DNA of 64,000 nucleotides from Escherichia coli (GTDB lineage Bacteria; Pseudomonadota; Gammaproteobacteria; Enterobacterales; Enterobacteriaceae): NCBI RefSeq assembly GCF_016903815.1, contig NZ_CP069973.1; one strand, 5' to 3'. Shown piece by piece: positions 56,165 to 64,000 of this stretch (position 1 is its first letter; each line of letters starts with the position of its first letter). The notes under the pieces were generated by a model. It saw only the letters and a program-made list of their open reading frames with translations, ran no database searches and was not told where the DNA came from. The position numbers and the translations under genes were made by a program.

Positions 56165-56884
56165 ATGAACACTATCGTATTTGTGGAAGATGATGCGGAA
56201 GTCGGTGCACTGATTGCTGCGTACCTGGCAAAACATGATATGCAGGTTACCGTAGAGCCGCGCGGCGACCGGGCCGAAGAAACTATTCTGCGAGAAAATC
56301 CGGATTTGGTGTTACTCGACATCATGCTACCAGGCAAGGACGGCATGACCATTTGTCGTGATTTACGCGCAAAGTGGTCCGGACCGATTGTTCTTCTAAC
56401 CTCTCTCGATAGCGATATGAACCACATCCTGGCACTGGAAATGGGCGCCTGCGACTATATTCTCAAAACGACGCCCCCTGCTGTTTTGCTAGCGCGTTTA
56501 CGTTTGCATTTGCGTCAGAATGAGCAAGCTACAGTGACCAAAGGTATTCAGGAAACGTCTCTGACTCCCTACAAAGCCCTGCATTTCGGCACGTTGACCA
56601 TCGATCCCATCAACCGCGTAGTCACCCTGGCTAACACTGAAATCTCGCTCTCGACAGCTGATTTCGAATTATTGTGGGAATTAGCTACCCATGCCGGGCA
56701 AATCATGGACCGCGATGCATTGCTGAAAAATTTACGCGGCGTCAGTTATGACGGTCTGGATCGTAGCGTGGACGTGGCTATTTCGCGGTTAAGAAAAAAA
56801 CTGCTCGATAACGCCGCAGAACCTTATCGTATTAAAACCGTGCGTAACAAAGGCTATCTTTTTGCGCCTCATGCGTGGGAATAA
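56165..56884 (+). CDS. rstA: Two-component response regulator RstA (OmpR family)
   Basis: 239 aa from MNTIVFVEDDAEVGALIAAYL… within ORF 56105..56884. Confidence 0.9.
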   Translation: MNTIVFVEDDAEVGALIAAYLAKHDMQVTVEPRGDRAEETILRENPDLVLLDIMLPGKDGMTICRDLRAKWSGPIVLLTSLDSDMNHILALEMGACDYILKTTPPAVLLARLRLHLRQNEQATVTKGIQETSLTPYKALHFGTLTIDPINRVVTLANTEISLSTADFELLWELATHAGQIMDRDALLKNLRGVSYDGLDRSVDVAISRLRKKLLDNAAEPYRIKTVRNKGYLFAPHAWE

Positions 56885-56887
56885 GCG

Positions 56888-60595
<3,708 letters not shown>

Positions 60596-60707
60596 GGCCT
60601 GCTCCTCACCTGATTAATTTTTTCTTTCTGTTTTGCTTTCGTTAAGCAACTTTTAGCTCACTCATTATTTACTATTTGATAACAAATATTTGGTCTTTCG
60701 TGCCATG

Positions 60708-60735
60708 TAAAAAAACCGCCCCGAAGGGCGGCTCT
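60708..60735 (-). terminator. Rho-independent terminator of fumA
   Basis: Minus-sense hairpin GCCGCCC-TTCG-GGGCGG followed by a U7 tract immediately after the fumA stop. Confidence 0.7.
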
Positions 60736-60737
60736 GT

Positions 60738-62384
60738 TTATTTCACACAGCGGGTGCACTGTGTGAGTTGTATCTGCTGGAAGAAGTCATTTCCTTTATC
60801 ATCCACAAGGATAAACGCCGGGAAATCTTCCACTTCAATTTTCCAGATGGCTTCCATTCCCAGTTCCGGATATTCAACACATTCCAGGCTCTTAATACTT
60901 CCCTGCGCCAATACTGCTGCCGGACCACCGATACTACCGAGGTAGAAACCGCCGTGTTTTTTACAGGCATCCGTCACCTGCTGGCTGCGGTTGCCTTTCG
61001 CCAGCATGATCATACTTCCTCCCTGCGCTTGCAGTTGATCGACATAAGAATCCATCCGTCCGGCGGTCGTTGGGCCAAGAGAACCGGAGGCATAGCCTTC
61101 CGGCGTTTTGGCCGGACCCGCATAGTAAATCGGATGATCTTTGATGTACTGCGGCAGCCCTTCACCGTTATCCATCCGCTCTTTCAGTTTGGCGTGAGCA
61201 ATATCACGACCGACGATAATCGTGCCATTCAGCGATAAGCGTGTAGAAACGGGATACTGCGACAACTGTGCGAGGATCTCTTTCATCGGACGGTTAAGGT
61301 CAACGCGCACCGCTTCGCCTTCTCCCGCTTTGCGCAGCTCTTCCGGGATATATTTTCCTGGATTATGTTCCAGTTTTTCGATCCAGATCCCCTGACGGTT
61401 GATCTTCGCTTTGATATTACGGTCAGCAGAACAGGAGACGCCCATACCGACCGGGCAGGATGCGCCGTGACGTGGCAGGCGAATCACGCGGATGTCGTGA
61501 GCGAAGTATTTACCGCCAAACTGCGCACCCAGACCAAGATTTTGCGCTTCGATCAGCAATTCTTTTTCCAGTTCCACATCGCGGAACGCCTGTCCGTGCT
61601 CATTCCCTTCCGTTGGCAGTTCATCATAGTATTTAGCGGAAGCCAGTTTCACCGTTTTAAGGTTCGTTTCTGCAGAAGTTCCACCAATAACGAACGCAAT
61701 ATGATACGGAGGACAGGCCGCCGTACCCAGCGTGCGCATCTTCTCAACCAGGTAATTTTTCAGTTTCCCCGGCGTTAGTAACGCTTTGGTTTCCTGATAG
61801 AGATACGTCTTGTTTGCCGAACCGCCACCTTTGGCGATACAGAGGAATTTGTACTCGTCGCCATCAACGGCATAAAGATCGATCTGCGCTGGTAGATTGG
61901 TGCCGGTATTCACCTCTTTATACATATCCAGCGGCGCGTTTTGCGAGTAGCGCAGATTATCTTCGATATAAGTGTTATAGACACCGCGTGCCAGCGCCGC
62001 TTCATCACCGCCACCGGTCCATACACGCTGCCCTTTTTTACCAACAATAATCGCGGTGCCGGTATCCTGACAGGTTGGCAGAACGCCTTTCGCCGCGATG
62101 TCGGAGTTACGCAGGAATTGCAGCGCCACATATTTATCATTTTCGCTGGCTTCCGGGTCACGCAGAATGTCGGCCACCTGTTGTTGGTGAGCCGGACGCA
62201 GCATAAATGACGCATCATGAAACGCCTGACGCGCCAACAAAGTTAACGCTTCGGGTGCGACTTTCAAAATCTCCTGCCCTTCAAATTCAGATACGCTAAC
62301 GTGTTCGCTGGTTAGCAGGTAATACTCAGTATCATCTTTTTTGAGTGGAAAAGGAGCCTGATAATGAAAGGGTTTGTTTGACAT
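60738..62384 (-). CDS. fumA: Class I Fe-S fumarate hydratase FumA
   Basis: 548 aa. Confidence 0.95.
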   Translation of the reverse strand: MSNKPFHYQAPFPLKKDDTEYYLLTSEHVSVSEFEGQEILKVAPEALTLLARQAFHDASFMLRPAHQQQVADILRDPEASENDKYVALQFLRNSDIAAKGVLPTCQDTGTAIIVGKKGQRVWTGGGDEAALARGVYNTYIEDNLRYSQNAPLDMYKEVNTGTNLPAQIDLYAVDGDEYKFLCIAKGGGSANKTYLYQETKALLTPGKLKNYLVEKMRTLGTAACPPYHIAFVIGGTSAETNLKTVKLASAKYYDELPTEGNEHGQAFRDVELEKELLIEAQNLGLGAQFGGKYFAHDIRVIRLPRHGASCPVGMGVSCSADRNIKAKINRQGIWIEKLEHNPGKYIPEELRKAGEGEAVRVDLNRPMKEILAQLSQYPVSTRLSLNGTIIVGRDIAHAKLKERMDNGEGLPQYIKDHPIYYAGPAKTPEGYASGSLGPTTAGRMDSYVDQLQAQGGSMIMLAKGNRSQQVTDACKKHGGFYLGSIGGPAAVLAQGSIKSLECVEYPELGMEAIWKIEVEDFPAFILVDDKGNDFFQQIQLTQCTRCVK

Positions 62385-62582
62385 TGTTCTCTCACTTACT
62401 GCCTGGTTTGGTTATGCTCTGGGCGGGTGTTCCGTTGCCCTGTTAAAAGCGAGTAACAATATCCTACACACTTTTTTAACAAAAACTGAGACTAGTACGA
62501 CTTTTTGCGGCTCCAGGTTACTTCCCGTAGGATTCTTGCTTTAATAGCGGGATTAATTTCCACATTAAAACAGGGATTGATC

Positions 62583-63758
62583 ATGCAAAAACTCATTAAC
62601 TCAGTGCAAAACTATGCCTGGGGCAGCAAAACGGCGTTGACTGAACTTTATGGTATGGAAAATCCGTCCAGCCAGCCGATGGCCGAGCTGTGGATGGGCG
62701 CACATCCGAAAAGCAGTTCACGGGTGCAGAATGCCGCCGGAGATATCGTTTCACTGCGTGATGTGATTGAGAGTGATAAAGCGACTCTTTTGGGAGATGC
62801 CGTTGCCAAACGCTTTGGCGAACTGCCTTTCCTGTTCAAAGTATTATGCGCAGCACAGCCGCTCTCCATTCAGGTTCATCCAAACAAACGCAATTCTGAA
62901 ATCGGTTTTGCCAAAGAAAATGCCGCAGGTATTCCGATGGATGCCGCCGAGCGTAACTATAAAGATCCTAACCACAAGCCGGAGCTGGTTTTTGCGCTGA
63001 CGCCTTTCCTTGCGATGAACGCGTTTCGTGAATTTTCCGAGATTGTTTCCCTACTCCAGCCAGTCGCAGGTGCACATCCGGCGATTGCTCACTTTTTACA
63101 ACAGCCTGATGCCGAACGTTTAAGCGAACTGTTCGCCAGCCTGCTGAATATGCAGGGGGAAGAAAAATCCCGCGCGCTGGCGATTTTAAAATCGGCGCTC
63201 GACAGCCAGCAGGGTGAACCGTGGCAAACGATTCGTTTAATTTCTGAATTTTACCCGGAAGACAGCGGTCTGTTCTCCCCGCTATTGCTGAATGTGGTGA
63301 AATTGAACCCTGGCGAAGCGATGTTCCTGTTCGCTGAAACACCGCACGCTTACCTGCAAGGCGTGGCGCTGGAAGTGATGGCTAACTCCGATAACGTGCT
63401 GCGTGCGGGTCTGACGCCTAAATACATTGATATTCCGGAACTGGTTGCCAATGTGAAGTTCGAAGCCAAACCGGCTAACCAGTTGTTGACCCAGCCGGTG
63501 AAACAAGGTGCAGAACTGGACTTCCCGATTCCTGTTGATGATTTTGCCTTCTCGCTGCATGACCTTAGTGATAAAGAAACCACCATCAGCCAGCAGAGTG
63601 CCGCCATTTTGTTCTGCGTCGAAGGCGATGCAACGCTGTGTAAAGGTTCTCAGCAGTTACAGCTTAAACCGGGTGAATCAGCGTTTATTGCCGCCAACGA
63701 ATCACCGGTGACTGTCAAAGGCCACGGCCGTTTAGCGCATGTTTACAACAAGCTGTAA
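62583..63758 (+). CDS. manA: Mannose-6-phosphate isomerase ManA
   Basis: 391 aa from MQKLINSVQNYAWGSKTALTELYG… within ORF 62505..63758. Confidence 0.95.
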   Translation: MQKLINSVQNYAWGSKTALTELYGMENPSSQPMAELWMGAHPKSSSRVQNAAGDIVSLRDVIESDKATLLGDAVAKRFGELPFLFKVLCAAQPLSIQVHPNKRNSEIGFAKENAAGIPMDAAERNYKDPNHKPELVFALTPFLAMNAFREFSEIVSLLQPVAGAHPAIAHFLQQPDAERLSELFASLLNMQGEEKSRALAILKSALDSQQGEPWQTIRLISEFYPEDSGLFSPLLLNVVKLNPGEAMFLFAETPHAYLQGVALEVMANSDNVLRAGLTPKYIDIPELVANVKFEAKPANQLLTQPVKQGAELDFPIPVDDFAFSLHDLSDKETTISQQSAAILFCVEGDATLCKGSQQLQLKPGESAFIAANESPVTVKGHGRLAHVYNKL

Positions 63759-63858
63759 GAGCTTACTGAAAAAATTAACATCTCTTGCTAAGCTTATTAA
63801 AGGCTTATAACACCTTCAGGCGGCCAGTCCGCCTGATTTCATTTTATGGATAATCATT

Positions 63859-64000
63859 ATGAATAAATCGCTGGTAGCGGTAGGCGTCATTGTTGCGCTA
63901 GGCGTAGTCTGGACAGGCGGCGCATGGTATACAGGCAAGAAGATTGAAACCCATCTCGAAGACATGGTCGCGCAGGCGAACGCGCAACTCAAACTGACCG
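63859..64000 (+). CDS. ydgA: DUF945 protein YdgA, 5' partial (runs off the window end)
   Basis: ATG at 63859 opening MNKSLVAVGVIVALGVVWTGGAWYTGKKIETHLEDMVAQANAQLKLT…. Confidence 0.7.
   Translation, partial: MNKSLVAVGVIVALGVVWTGGAWYTGKKIETHLEDMVAQANAQLKLT

Overview
The window reads as an Escherichia coli chromosomal segment. Gene identities are recalled from protein sequence by eye; no database search was run. Positions 1 to about 26800 are the integrase-proximal half of a lambdoid, Qin-like prophage: ydfO/gnsB/cspI morons, an Rz/Rz1 - SAR endolysin - pinholin lysis cassette, IS200, cspB/cspF, Q antiterminator with a pR'-like promoter and terminator, ydfU, relBE-hokD, flxA, a DDE-transposase IS, a replication initiator with intragenic iterons, DicC/DicA immunity, ydfA-dicF-dicB-ydfD, an intact 823-aa YdfE-like exonuclease-domain protein, an excisionase-like gene, an IS66-family element with a perfect 8-bp target duplication, and a tyrosine integrase. 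The standout is an AT-rich two-gene operon at 12718-14357 (a 4-helix membrane protein followed by a 342-aa soluble protein, 4-nt overlap) in the prophage moron hotspot. Its architecture matches the Kiwa anti-phage system (KwaA/KwaB); it is bracketed by a 30-bp direct repeat and sits beside a QueH-like gene. Positions 26902-64000 are conserved host backbone: rspBA, ynfA-D, speG, ynfEFGH-dmsD, clcB, ynfK, mlc, ynfL, ynfM, asr, ydgU, ydgD, mdtJI, tqsA, pntAB, ydgH, ydgI, folM, ydgC, rstAB, a TerB-like site, tus, fumC, fumA, manA and the start of ydgA. No rRNA, tRNA or CRISPR array was seen.
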